Source: Octopus vulgaris (taxonomy: Eukaryota). Taken from it: 64,000 nucleotides of DNA. The stretch spans positions 131,874,001 through 131,938,000 of the forward strand of contig OX597816.1 in assembly GCA_951406725.2 (NCBI GenBank), read 5' to 3'. The notes under the pieces were generated by a model, which did no database searches, was not told the origin of the DNA, and saw nothing but the letters and a program-made list of their open reading frames with translations. The position numbers were made by a program, and so were the translations under genes. Below, piece by piece: positions 51,744 to 64,000 of the stretch (within the stretch, counting starts at the first letter, position 1; every line of letters begins with the position of its first letter).

Positions 51744-52450
51744 CTATAATGACTGCAATCAATATTGACAATGTCATCTCCACCTTCACTAGTATCAAAA
51801 CCACAATCATTCATTTGTTGAATTAGGTTCTCTTATTGTGTGAAGGCATGATTGTTAGGTTATAGTCCTTATCAAACCTCCTCACACTCACTCCTTATGT
51901 GTGTATGTAAAATTGTATTGTACATTTTAGATCAAAACTGCATGACAATCAATATTTAGAACTCCATTCATGTTCCTGTACATCCAAAAGAAATTCTAAG
52001 AAGGACTCATATTATATTCTGAGTTTCATTTGGTTGGACTTTACAATTGCATTGGTCACAGGGTACATATAAAAAGTAAAACAAAACAGGAGAGTTTATT
52101 TGAAAATATTTAGCTACATCATCTTATATACACGTCATTAACAATGAATATATATGTTATAAAAGGAAAATCTTATAAGTTGATTGCATTATCAAATCTT
52201 CAGAATCTTTAGTGTTTAAAACGGACTGCACTCATTATTGTAGTAGTCAATATGACAATGCTGTCAACAGTACAGTATGAATATTAAAGATGACTAATGA
52301 GAGTTATGCAATCTTTGAAGATTTGATTTGACAATGTGATTGGCTTATAAGATTTTACATATGATGCTGACATTTATTCATTGTTAATGAAAATCAAACA
52401 AGATGAAGTAACCAAATATCTTATAAAAAACTTTCCTCCTTTATTTTCTT

Positions 52451-52513
<63 letters not shown>

Positions 52514-52549
52514 ATATATGTATATATACATATACACACATACACACAT

Positions 52550-52591
<42 letters not shown>

Positions 52592-52595
<4 letters not shown>

Positions 52596-52814
52596 TCTTT
52601 TACTCTTTTACTTGTTTCAGTCATCTGACTGCGGCCATGCTGGAGCACTGCCTTTAATCGAGCAACTCGACCCCAGGACTTATTCTTTTTGTAAGCCCAG
52701 TACATATTCTTTCGGTCTCTTTTGCCGAACCGCTAAGTAACGGGGACATAAACACACCAGCACCGGTTGTCAAGCAATGCTAGGGGGACAAACACAGACA
52801 CACAAACAAACACG

Positions 52815-52859
<45 letters not shown>

Positions 52860-53015
52860 GACAGGCTTCTTTCAGTTTCCGTCTACCAAATCCACTCACA
52901 AGGCATTGGTTGGCCCGAGGCTATAGCAGAAGACACTTGCCCAAGATGCCACGCAGTGGGACTGAACCTGGAACCATGTGGTTGGTTAGCAAGCTACTTA
53001 CCACACAGCCACTCC
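52592..53015 (-). mobile_element. SINE family A, full length, young
   Basis: Closely similar to 13030-13453. Confidence 0.92.
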
Positions 53016-54940
53016 ATATATATTATATATGTATATATATATATATACATGTGTATGTGTGTGAGAGAGAGAGTGTGTAAACGTCCATATACACACACAC
53101 ATACACATACCTAGATGCCTGTTTTCCAGACTTACACACACACACAAATGCTTATTTGTGTTGTATGTGAATATACACCAATATCTGTGTGCAAGGAAAT
53201 TTCCAGTTATAAACAGAAATCACGAGGAGTATTTATGAAGAAAACACATACACATTCATACACAAGTAGTCTTTATGTGTGTATAATACATATTTTCCTA
53301 CAGATTTTCAAGCTTAAATATCATAAGTACACATTATACATGGAAAGTATATGCAACCCATTTTTATGGTACAAAGACCAAGGTAATTGATGTGCAATGA
53401 AGAGTTTAAACTACTACATTTTTTGTTAAGAGGATAGTACATGAAATTTTCATTATATTTCATAAATATTCCCACATCAGAGACTATATTACTGAAAGTT
53501 ACTTACAATTTTTACCAACACATTGAAAAGAAGTAAAATGCAAAATGGAATTGAAATAGTAAAAGGATGAAATGTACTTAGTTTCTATTTATGCGCTGCT
53601 ATATACTTCAGTTTATGTATATATGCTGCCATTAAAATATATACTTCTTAAGATTTAATTATGTTTCAATAACTTACAAATATAGATAATTATTCAAAGG
53701 TGTACTAAATATGACCATCCAGCTAATATCTAGTTTAATATATGCGTAATATATAGATAGTCCTTTGTAGTTATGGAAATAAACACATTTGTTTTAGTTA
53801 GACTCAACCGACAACTCACTTTTGACTGAATATTTTCATGTTAGCATGCTGACATAAAATCTAACCAGAATCACTGACAAAAAGATTTTGAATGTATGTA
53901 AACGTTTTCTTCCAAGAACCAAATGTATTTTGAAAGGGCTGGTGTGAATTTCCTAGTTAGTGTCAATGCTAATTTGTCAATGTTGACGTAAATGATTCTT
54001 AAAATTATATTTGGTTAACCCATTATATGATTTCAGTTCACAGTTGTTATCTAGGTGTATTTTGGAACGGTATACTGATGACTTCATTAAACAGTATCAT
54101 TTAGTGGGTAAGTGTTATGGTTGATTCAGTTATGGGTAAATACAGAGAGTGAATTAGTTATAATAGAAAATCCTTTAGCATCGATTGTAATTGCTAATGG
54201 AACTTGCATAGTTTTTAAAGGCAGCATAGTTAATTGAATTTTTATTAAAGATTTTGGTAATCGTGGTTTACGGAAACATGAATGGAAATTAAATTTAGAA
54301 ACTCTTCAGCTAAGTTTGTTCTCACATTCAGTCTATATATTGGTTTATACCACAGAAATTTTCACCACTTACTTTTACACTCAGGAACTCTGAGAAGTCA
54401 GCATTACAAACATAATAATGAGAGACACTGATAAAAGATGGTGATATAACTTACTAATGTTAAGAATTAAATTACGTAAAATGCAAGGTTGTTGGAATAT
54501 CTATTCATATGAAATAATTTTTATCAGGATTATGTAAGGGCTAAATTTATTTGTATCTAAAATTAAAGTAATGTTTAAAAACTCAGCAATAGTAAGATCG
54601 TTCTCCACTACACTATGTCAGGTTGTTTCTCCAAATACCATTATGAAATAATTCCAACATCTGTGTAGTTCAATTCTACTTATATTGAGCAAGGGTATAC
54701 ATGCATGTATCTTTGTATATATGTATGTGCATACATACTGCACACACACACAAAATAGAAATTTATTTTCCTCACAAGTCGTACAATCCATCTGTAAAAA
54801 CAAAAAGAATACAACAGTATGGGTTTCTTGAGCAAAAGCAGGCTTATCTCAAACTTTCAAACAATGATATTCACCACTATTTAGTCCTGAAGTGATCTGC
54901 ATCACATAACACATACACATCACAAAACTACACGCACACA

Positions 54941-55023
<83 letters not shown>

Positions 55024-55525
55024 CACATGATTGGCTCATGGTATTTAGCAAAAATAACACCAAATACATAATATGAATAATGTTTCTTTAACTAGTTTTA
55101 TTATATTTACTCGTTACATTTTCTTAAACATAATTGTTTCATAATTTCATGTAACCTTTAATTCATGATTGCCTGTATGTAATGTCAGTTCGAAGTATAT
55201 AGTGAAAAATGGATTAGGTTTAATCACCAGAGGGTATTATTATTATTATTATTATTGTTGTTGTTGTTGTTGTTGTTATTATTATTATTATTATTTAAAA
55301 TACAGGTAGCACTTTATCCAATACTTTGGGTTGCCTGCTGGAAAAGCAAGTCTGCCTTTATTCTTCAATCAGATTTCCAAACAACCGAAGAATGGAGCCT
55401 AATTAGGCTACTTGTAGAAAATCTTGTTAGTAAATTAAGTAGGCTGCATTTTTCAGTTGTTTGTCAATATGCACACATACATACATACATACGTACATAC
55501 ATACATACATACATACATACATACA

Positions 55526-55639
55526 AGCAAAAATACCATGTTGTTCATGTTGGAATTCCAATGAAGGAGCCTTGGATCTAGGTTAGAAACCGGCTCTTTC
55601 TCTATTGGCAAGAAATCTTGAAATAAAATTGAACAATGG
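55526..55639 (+). mobile_element. Second copy of the (ACAT)n-embedded repeat (probable R4/Dong 3' end)
   Basis: Matches 6156-6271 and is flanked by (ACAT)n on both sides. Confidence 0.55.
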
Positions 55640-55695
55640 CATACATGCATGCATACATACATACATACATACATAGGTACATATTTATGTATGTA

Positions 55696-55732
<37 letters not shown>

Positions 55733-55734
<2 letters not shown>

Positions 55735-55879
55735 TTCATCATCATCATCATCGTTTAACGTCCGTTTTCCATGCTAGCATGGGTTGGACGGTTCTACTGG
55801 GGTCTGTGAAGCCAGAAGGCTTCATCAGGCCCAGTCAAATCTGGCAGTGTTTCTACGGCTGGATGCCCTTCCTAACGCC

Positions 55880-55880
<1 letters not shown>
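55733..55880 (-). mobile_element. RTE 3' end
   Basis: catcatcatcgtttaacgtccgttttccatgctagcatgggttggacgg...ggatgcccttcctaacgcca. Confidence 0.88.
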
Positions 55881-56054
<174 letters not shown>

Positions 56055-57662
56055 AGGGAGAGAGAAATGTAGTAGAATCATTGGAGTGATCATGGTAAAA
56101 CAGAGTTGGTTATTCTCTAGCATAAACACAGCTTGTATAGAAAATACCGATGACTCAGTAATTGATCAACAGAATTTATTAATCAATGCACCCAATACAG
56201 TTCATCCCAAATTGAGATTAGACCAAAAATTTTGTTATGAAAGTAACAAGCAATACTTATAATTCAATAATCAAATCTATAAATAAAAGGAATGGAAGAG
56301 GTTGTTAAGTACTACAACTGTTTCAATAGCACATTGGACATATTTTACATAACATTACAAATGTCCTGTAGCTGTATGCATTGCTTTCTTCTCCGATACA
56401 CACAACTTTTTAGGTGAAAATAGTCTGCTATAGAGGAGAATGCAAAACTGAGCTAGCAGAAAAAAAAGTGAGTACTGGAATCGTTAAAAAACAATGGTGT
56501 CTTACTCACAGTGAGATAGATAGGTTGTGGTTTCATTTCATTATTAGAATACTCAAATTTTTGTTGGGGCCACAGTGGATTATAATCACATTAATGTATA
56601 TGTCACATCACTGATGGGAAGCCAGTTTGCTAAAAGCTAAAAGCTCATATAGGGAAACCAGAGAAGGAGAAAGAAAGGGAACTTTGAATGTGCTGATAAC
56701 AAAATGAAGCCACATCCCTATCTAACTTACTAAGGTAATCGATGAGAAAGGAACACCATTGGTTCTTTACTAATTCCAATTTCCACTCCACTCCCACACC
56801 TTTGAGCTTTTTTTTTTTTTTTTTCTGCAAGCCCAGTTTGGCATGCAAACTATTTTGGCAGCAAACTATTTTGGCTGTAAACTATTTTCAGTTAAAATGT
56901 CTGAAGAGAAAGTACATGGAAAGCTACAGGACATTCATAATGTTATGTAAAATATATCCAATGTACTTTTTGAAACAGCCGTAGTACTTGACAATCTTTT
57001 CCATTGCTTTTATTTACTTATATATATAGCATTTATCTTTTATCTTTTTATTTGTTTCAATCTTCAGACTGCAGCAATACTGGAGACACTGTCTTCAAGA
57101 GTTTAGTCAAGCAGATCAACCCCAGAACTTATTTATAAACAAAACTAAGCTATGGGGATGAAGCAAACTAACACCAATTGTTAAATGGCGATGGACAAAC
57201 ACAAATTCAAAGACACAGGCACACAAAGTTGGTCAAGATCAAGGAGGTGTTCAAAGATTTTCCAGGGGCACAGTAAAGAATGCATGAGCCAAGTTCTGGA
57301 GCCATCTTGTGGCCATGGTAGAAGCTGAGGCTGGCTACTTTGAGTAAACAGTTCTCCCAGCCATAATCTAGTTGATATTTTTCAATTTATGAAACAAAAA
57401 TTTTCTTTTTGGATGGCATATTGTGTTTTCTTCTTTTATGCAAACTGTCAAATTTAGGCTGAACACCCTGTGTGAATGTGTGTGTGTGTGTGTGTGCTGT
57501 TGATAACACCTAGAAGGTGCTTCTTTTCTTTTACTGTCCACTTTGCAAGGCAGTTACCATCTAGTGGACAGTTCTCACAAATTCTACAGTTGCATGAGCT
57601 TTGTTGGCCAGCTGTTTGCATTTCTCTTGTATTTCAGCTTTATGGTATTATAATACCCAAAT

Positions 57663-58022
57663 TGTCTGGCAAAGTCAATAGTATACCATGCAAAGGTGAT
57701 CAATCTAAGACACATACTGGGGCAATGGAATTCACATTCAAAAATCATTATTACAAGCATAAACATTCATTTATCAGCCCCAACAGAAAATGCATTACAT
57801 ATTTGTATAAGTTTATATGTTTCTTGCATGAGACGAATCTTCCCCAATTCAAAATTACATGGTCTGTTTTAGAGAATGCACAACTTTACAGGAATGGGAG
57901 CTTCAAATCAAAGATGTTGTGTAACCTTTGTTGAAGCAAAAAACAGAATTTTTACTCAGAGCACTAACAGTTTGAACAAAAGAAGTGAAACATTAATGCC
58001 TTGTACGCATGCAGTTAAGTAA
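57663..58022 (+). pseudogene. Penelope-like (Naiad-type) GIY-YIG endonuclease fragment
   Basis: CLAKSIVYHAKV / KTHTGAMEFTFKNHYYKHKHSF...FKITWSVLENAQLYRNGS...CNLC / ...LNKRSETLMPCTH, with two frameshifts. Confidence 0.78.
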
Positions 58023-58792
58023 TCTGTTATGCAGATACAAGTTTTCTTGTTTTGTTCTGATTCAGAAAAAAACCCATCAGTTTTCGAAATGTTTGATTAA
58101 TAGGATTTATTGATATATGATTTAATATGTGTGTGTGCTTGACTGTATGTGAGCTTATGTATATAAGCATATATGTATATGTATACATGTATGTATAAAT
58201 TGTATATATAAATATATAACACTGTGTATATATGTGTATCCATGGCTGTACATATATCCATATATGTGCATCTGTACAGGCACATGCAACTTGAATACAT
58301 GCATATATACTTATTGTTTTTAAAAACATTAATTAAAAGTATTACTTAAAAGTATTATTTTGGAGCATTGCTTTAACAGCAACACAATTTAATGACTTTG
58401 TATGTTGTTTATGATGTTTATAACAATATTACTGCAGGAACCAGAGATAAAATAAAAAGCATGAGCTTCAAGCTGCTACTTTCGCACATGTCATTCACGA
58501 AGGTTGAAAGAACATAATGATAAGCATTTCTTCCAAACTTTCATTTCATATTTCAGAAAATATTCAGACGGTGAATATTCAAAAGAAATCCAGGCTTGGT
58601 TTACCTGCTGATGGTCAAAAAGGAGCAACTCAGAGTACTAGAAATTGAAGCCTTTCAGTTATAATTTATATATATATATATATATATACACATACATATA
58701 TACACACACATACACACATATAGATATATATCAATATGTATATAAATATTATATACAGACACACACGCACATGCACACAGATACAGATATAT

Positions 58793-58841
<49 letters not shown>

Positions 58842-58847
58842 AATATA

Positions 58848-58896
<49 letters not shown>

Positions 58897-60524
58897 GATA
58901 AAAAAACAAGAAAAAAGGACAGGAAAAAAACACGATGTGGTGCATGCAAAGTATTAATAAGACACTCAGAGAAGGAAATATATGTGTGTGTGTATATATA
59001 TACACACACACACATTCATATACGTGTGTCTGCATATTTATATTTGTATATGTTTGTATGCATATGTATGTGTGTATGTATGTATAGATGGATAGATGCT
59101 TGCATGAACGCATTTGTTTATATAGTTATATTATTTAGAAATATGTTTCAGTGTGTTCTATTCTGTGGTAGAGAGACAGTGTTCTCAGTACTGGTCAGTT
59201 TAAATTTTGTAGTCTATGTTACATAGCGAACTAAGACACATGCGTATTATATATTCAATATGCAATATACATGCAAAAACATATACATAAAATGTTGATA
59301 TAAGCATATCTTCTGAGACCATGAGGTTTCAGATTTCATGTAAGTATACACTTATCAGTGAGGCGTAGAAATGTAGCAGGCTGGAAAGATTTTGTGTGTT
59401 TTTAAGAGACTCAATTACTGAATCTCGGGTGTGTCAGATTGAAATTTACTGTACTTCCCTCTTTCTATATTAAAGTGCTCAGCCAGAGTTGTGAGTGTAA
59501 TTTATATTCTTATATTCTTATATTCTTTTATTCTTTTTATTTATCTTACTTGTTTGAGTCATTGAACTGCTGTAATGAATGCAAGTACAAATCAACCCTC
59601 ATACTTATTTTTTATGTCTGTTTCTCATTCCATCAGTCTTTTTTACCAAACTACTAAGTTATGGGGATGTAAACAAACAACTATCAGTTTTCAGGCAGTG
59701 GTGAGTCTGGGACAAACACATATGAGATAGAATTCCACACAGGTTTTGTCTACCAAATTTACTCACAGGGCAATGGTTGACCTTGGGCTATAGTAGAAGA
59801 CTTACCCATGGTGGTTAAAGGTTGGTATTTTTAAAAGCAACGAGTGCCTGGGCATCTACATTAAGTCCTGGAATGAGATTTTTAGCCCTTGCTCACATGA
59901 GAGAAGGTATATATATATTATCTTACTTATGTGTACCATCATGACTATAATCACTAGATTCTCCATCTTTGACCCTCCCACCATCACATCCTAAGAACCC
60001 AGTAAAGTGTGTAACCAAAACATACACAAATAAGCATGCACACACATATGCCCCCAAACATGGACTTAAAGGTTTTGGCACCCACCCAACACACCCATTC
60101 TCAGCCAAAAAACCCCTGCACATTTTCCAACACAACACAAATACCAGCCACTAATCTGAATGCATATATTTTCACCAAACTCTTGCTGCCTTACAGCATC
60201 TCAAATACTTTGAAGCCAAGGATAAATATTTTACTCATTTTACCTCCCATGACTTCATTTCATCCTTTTCACAGAACCTTGAACAAAATGAAACATTTTT
60301 CACCTTCAGCAACAGAAAACCATCACTATTTTTTTTTTTTGTTGATTATCTGGGAATTTTAAATTATTACATGCATTCTTACTGGGAATTTTAAATTATT
60401 TCATGCATACATAACATATCTTTTATAGTTACATGAAATACATGAATATCAGCCCACACAGATATATAAACCATCGTACAGAAATTCACACAGAAATATA
60501 AAAACACCCACACACACATACACA

Positions 60525-60915
60525 TATGAGGCTGGGCCGAAAAGTTCATTAGCTGACTATGGAGGAGTGATGTTAGAGTTGTGAAATCTTGCATGCTTTA
60601 TTTTCAACTCTTCTTATTGATAGCTGCATTGTTTCTTTCTAGGCAAATTGACACCAGACTATTCAAAGAAAATTTTGAAACTAGTAGTGATTTTTCTTGG
60701 AAATGGACAAACTTTGGCACCGTGGTGTTATCAAATAACTGCAGAAAAAGTGTTTAGTCCCCAATGGCATTCATGCTGATATAGTCACTATGTTAGGGGA
60801 TAAGACTCCACCTTTGTCAATGGTTCAAAAGTGGGCAGCTGAATTTAAGTGGAGTTGGAAGAGTCTTGAAGACAACCCAAGGTCTGGACATCCTGCAACT
60901 ACCACCACCAAAGGA
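60525..60915 (+). mobile_element. Mariner 5' fragment (TIR plus HTH-coding part)
   Basis: tatgaggctgggccgaaaagttc resembles the TIR at 10696-10719. ATG 60703 gives MDKLWHRGVIK/..IHADIVTMLGDKTPPLSMVQKWAAEFK...LEDNPRSGHP. Confidence 0.8.
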
Positions 60916-61183
60916 AGCCCATTGTGTGTGTGAGTGCATGGTGACTAACGAAACAAACATTTGAACAAAGAGCAATGAATCAATATCATTGTGTGTTTTT
61001 AAATAGCTTATAAACACATTCCACACTGCAATTGTTTTTGTTTCAGCACACGATCTCAGATCAAGTCACTTGCTATGCAAGTACATCTCCATATATATAT
61101 ATATATAAAAACACATATACATACGTATGTATGTATGTATGTATGTATGTATGTATGTATGTATGTATGTATGTATGTATGTT

Positions 61184-61220
<37 letters not shown>

Positions 61221-62058
61221 ATGTGTGTGTATGTCTGTGTGGCTCTCCTTCTCTTGACATCATGTGATAGTTGTAAATGAGTGTCACTGTCGCACAAGCC
61301 GTGTCATTCATTTCCAATATTCTGCGAGAACACATCTTGCTATAGAGAAATATTGCCTTACTTGGAAACAGGTGAAGTTGGCAACAGGAAGGGCATCTGA
61401 TTGTAGAAAATCTGACTCGATAAACTCTGTCTGACAAGGTAGTTGTTATTTGATGATCAACTAATTCTTCTTATGTGTCCACCACTGCCACCCTTATAGA
61501 AATAATAACAGTTAACTTGAAAAAAATTGAAATGTCAATTCACATGTTTCTTTGATGCAAAAATAGAACTTCTCTTAAATCAAAATGATATTGACTCATT
61601 GCTCTTTGTTCAATGTTTGTTTCTTTATCACTTTTGTTTAAAGCTATTATAATAGTCACCATGCTCTTCTGTATTATTTTATGCTGTGAGTTAAAATTTG
61701 AAACAACAAACAAAAGACAAAACTTAATTCATTAAAAAATATATATACAATCCTTTTAGTTGTTGTTGTCACATGCCAATTTTTTTTTTTTTAATTATGG
61801 TTATGTCACTGGAAAGTGCTGCATTGTCCATATATAGCATGCATGGAGAATTATTGAATCAGAAAGGGAATTTGTAACAATGCATGAGGTTAATGTATTT
61901 ACTGTGGGGTTTGATGTAAAAGGTGAGGTTAGTGTTTAATAAAAATACATGAGATGTGTGAAGAATTTTCTATTGTAACCAAAATAGATAAAAATGCATT
62001 ATGATGATAATATTGAACAATAGTTTTATTCACCTCATCTTCTAGTGTAAAAATCAAT

Positions 62059-62096
<38 letters not shown>

Positions 62097-63224
62097 CTAT
62101 ATATGTACATATGTATATATGTTTCTGTATATACATACACATACCCCATACACACATACATACATACATACACACATATATACATACATACATACATACA
62201 TACATACATACATACATACATACATACATACATACATACATACATACATACATACATACATACATACATACATGCACAGGCTAAATTTAACAGTTTGCAT
62301 AAAAGGAAAAGACAACAATATCCAGCCTCCTAATAGAAGCATTAAAAAAATCAAAAATATCAACTAGATTATGGCTGGTAGATAAAGACATACTCAAAGT
62401 AACTAGCCTCAGCTTCCATCATAGTCTCAAGATGTCTTTGGAACCTGGAACTTGCGTTCTTCACTGAGTCCCTACAAATATTCTCAAATACTTCCTTGAT
62501 CTTGGTCACCAACTTGGCCTAGGTGCTACTAGCTCAGTCTTTATCAACTGTGCCCCACACATAGTAATCCATGGGATTACAATCGGGATAATTAGGCAGC
62601 CAAATATTAGAGCTGTTGAAGTCATAGAACTTCTCTGACAACCACTTCTGATTTTCCAAAGAGCTAAATTCTGCTACCACACATATGGCCATCCAGCAAC
62701 AACCCTCTTAAGCCAGGGATTGACCAGTCTGCAGCAACTTCACATAACCATCTAACTTGAACCTGAGGCCCTGTTCATCAGTTGTTGGATGAATTCTGGC
62801 ATGCAGATGCAGTCAGAATGGCTGCTGTCTCTTTTCCTACTGACTAAGGCTTTGTAGTCTCTGTTGCAGCTGTCCATATGATGTCCTACAATCTTTATGG
62901 TGTTCAGAGAGCATTGAGCAACAGTCATGATGTCAGCATTTCAATACCCAGCATGAATCCTCATGATACAGGTAACTCTTTTCCAATATTCAGATGGCTT
63001 CCAGTCCTCCATGTTAGATAATGTTTTCTCAACAACAACAATAATGTTTATGCTCTCCAACACCAGTGACTGTTCACCAATACATCAAGCTGTTCCTGAA
63101 AACAAAGACGTAAAAAATCATCAAATTTAGCCCAAATACCTTGTGTGTGTGTGTGAGTGTGTATGTGTGTGTGAGTGTGTGTGTATGTGCGTGTGTGTCT
63201 GTGTGTGTGGCATAAACTGCATTT

Positions 63225-63572
63225 GGATGGTGCTTTTTACATGCCACTGGCATGGGGAGCTAGTCAGGTGGCTCTGGCAGCAACCCACGCATGAATGAAT
63301 GGTGCTTATCGCATGGCACTAGTATAGGTAATGGCCACAACTACAATTTCCATTTGATTGTGTTTTGCTTTGATTTTGATTTATTTGAACCAACAGGTCA
63401 CCTCAAGCATGGAATGTTGCCCAACGATTCAAAGGTACTTTTTAAATGGGCTGGTTATGCGATACTGGTATAGGCTATGGCCATGATCTCACTTCCTTTG
63501 CTGGGCATTCTCAATCACAACATATCTCCAGAGGGTTTGGTCTTTTGTCATTGCCTCTGTGAGGCCCAATGT
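63225..63572 (-). mobile_element. Decayed RTE 3' region
   Basis: ggtgctttttacatgccac and catatctccagagggtttggtcttttgtcattgcctctgtgaggcccaat match 44348-44625. Confidence 0.7.
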
Positions 63573-63599
63573 TAGAGGATGTTATTCCACAAGTTCTGA

Positions 63600-63935
63600 T
63601 CCATGACATGCTTCAGGCTGAGATACTGCAACTTCACATCTTCCTCAATTTCTTTCACTCATGTCTTTTTTGGTGTGCTGCCCTGGAGAATCCAGTGCAT
63701 AGGACACTGCTGCAAAAAAAGTGCTCATCCTGCAGACATGGCTAAACCACTGCAGACTGCTCATCTGAACTTGGTCTTCAATTGTTGTTTCTGCTGGCAT
63801 TGTTCTCAGATGTTGTTGTTTGAGATTCGGTCACATAGAGAGATACCCAGGATCTGACAAAGGCACCACAGTTGGAACACCTCGAGCTTGTTCAGGTCTT
63901 GTTTGATGATGGTCCAGGTCTCAGTGTTATAGTGG
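63600..63935 (-). pseudogene. C-terminal fragment of a different RTE-type ORF
   Basis: YNTETWTIIKQDLNKLEVFQLWCLCQILGISLCDRISN...LQWFSHVCRM. Confidence 0.7.
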
Positions 63936-64000
63936 TATCACATGCCCATTCTAGTATAGTCTCCTCTCTTGCAAACTACATCTAATTCCTCCAATATCCA

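Noticed and set aside
57925-57940. TGA after CNLC as a selenocysteine codon (reported for some Naiad elements)
   Set aside because: The TGA is not at a Cys position, and the homologous sequence (VEAKNRIF...LNKRSE) continues in another frame, indicating a frameshift.
59312-59362. Minus-strand CTGATAA-gtgta-tact-tacat-GAAA hammerhead-like motif
   Set aside because: The core is mutated, and there is no cleavage triplet or stem I partner after the stem III hairpin.

Overview
This window is AT-rich eukaryotic genomic DNA, intronic or intergenic, and saturated with microsatellites: (TA)n, (CA)n, (ACAT)n, (AGAT)n and (CAT)n. The SINE families and repeat landscape look like an octopod cephalopod (Octopus); this is an inference from recognition, not a database result. 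No host protein-coding gene can be supported, and almost all ORFs in the track are microsatellite artefacts. The real coding capacity is transposon-derived: (i) a 5'-truncated CR1-group LINE with an uninterrupted 997-codon APE-RT ORF2 (21915-24908, +); (ii) a near full-length RTE LINE (about 44192-48550, -) with two in-frame stops, one frameshift and a C4HC3 PHD-type finger inside its RT; (iii) decayed R4/Dong-like, Hero-like, L1/Tx1-like, RTE, mariner and Penelope-like (RT N-terminus, GIY-YIG) fragments. Non-coding mobile elements include several tRNA-type SINE families (some nested, with clean TSDs), two families of non-autonomous Helitrons (one with an empty-site paralogue nearby) and MITE-like fold-backs. 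The least obvious signal is a set of unrelated minimal type-I hammerhead-ribozyme motifs (best at 19449-19494, 43713-43773, 29074-29113), several inside inverted repeats, consistent with Penelope-like pLTR remnants. There is also a 469-bp near-perfect palindrome (27020-27488). Boundaries of decayed elements are approximate, and all assignments come from reading by eye.
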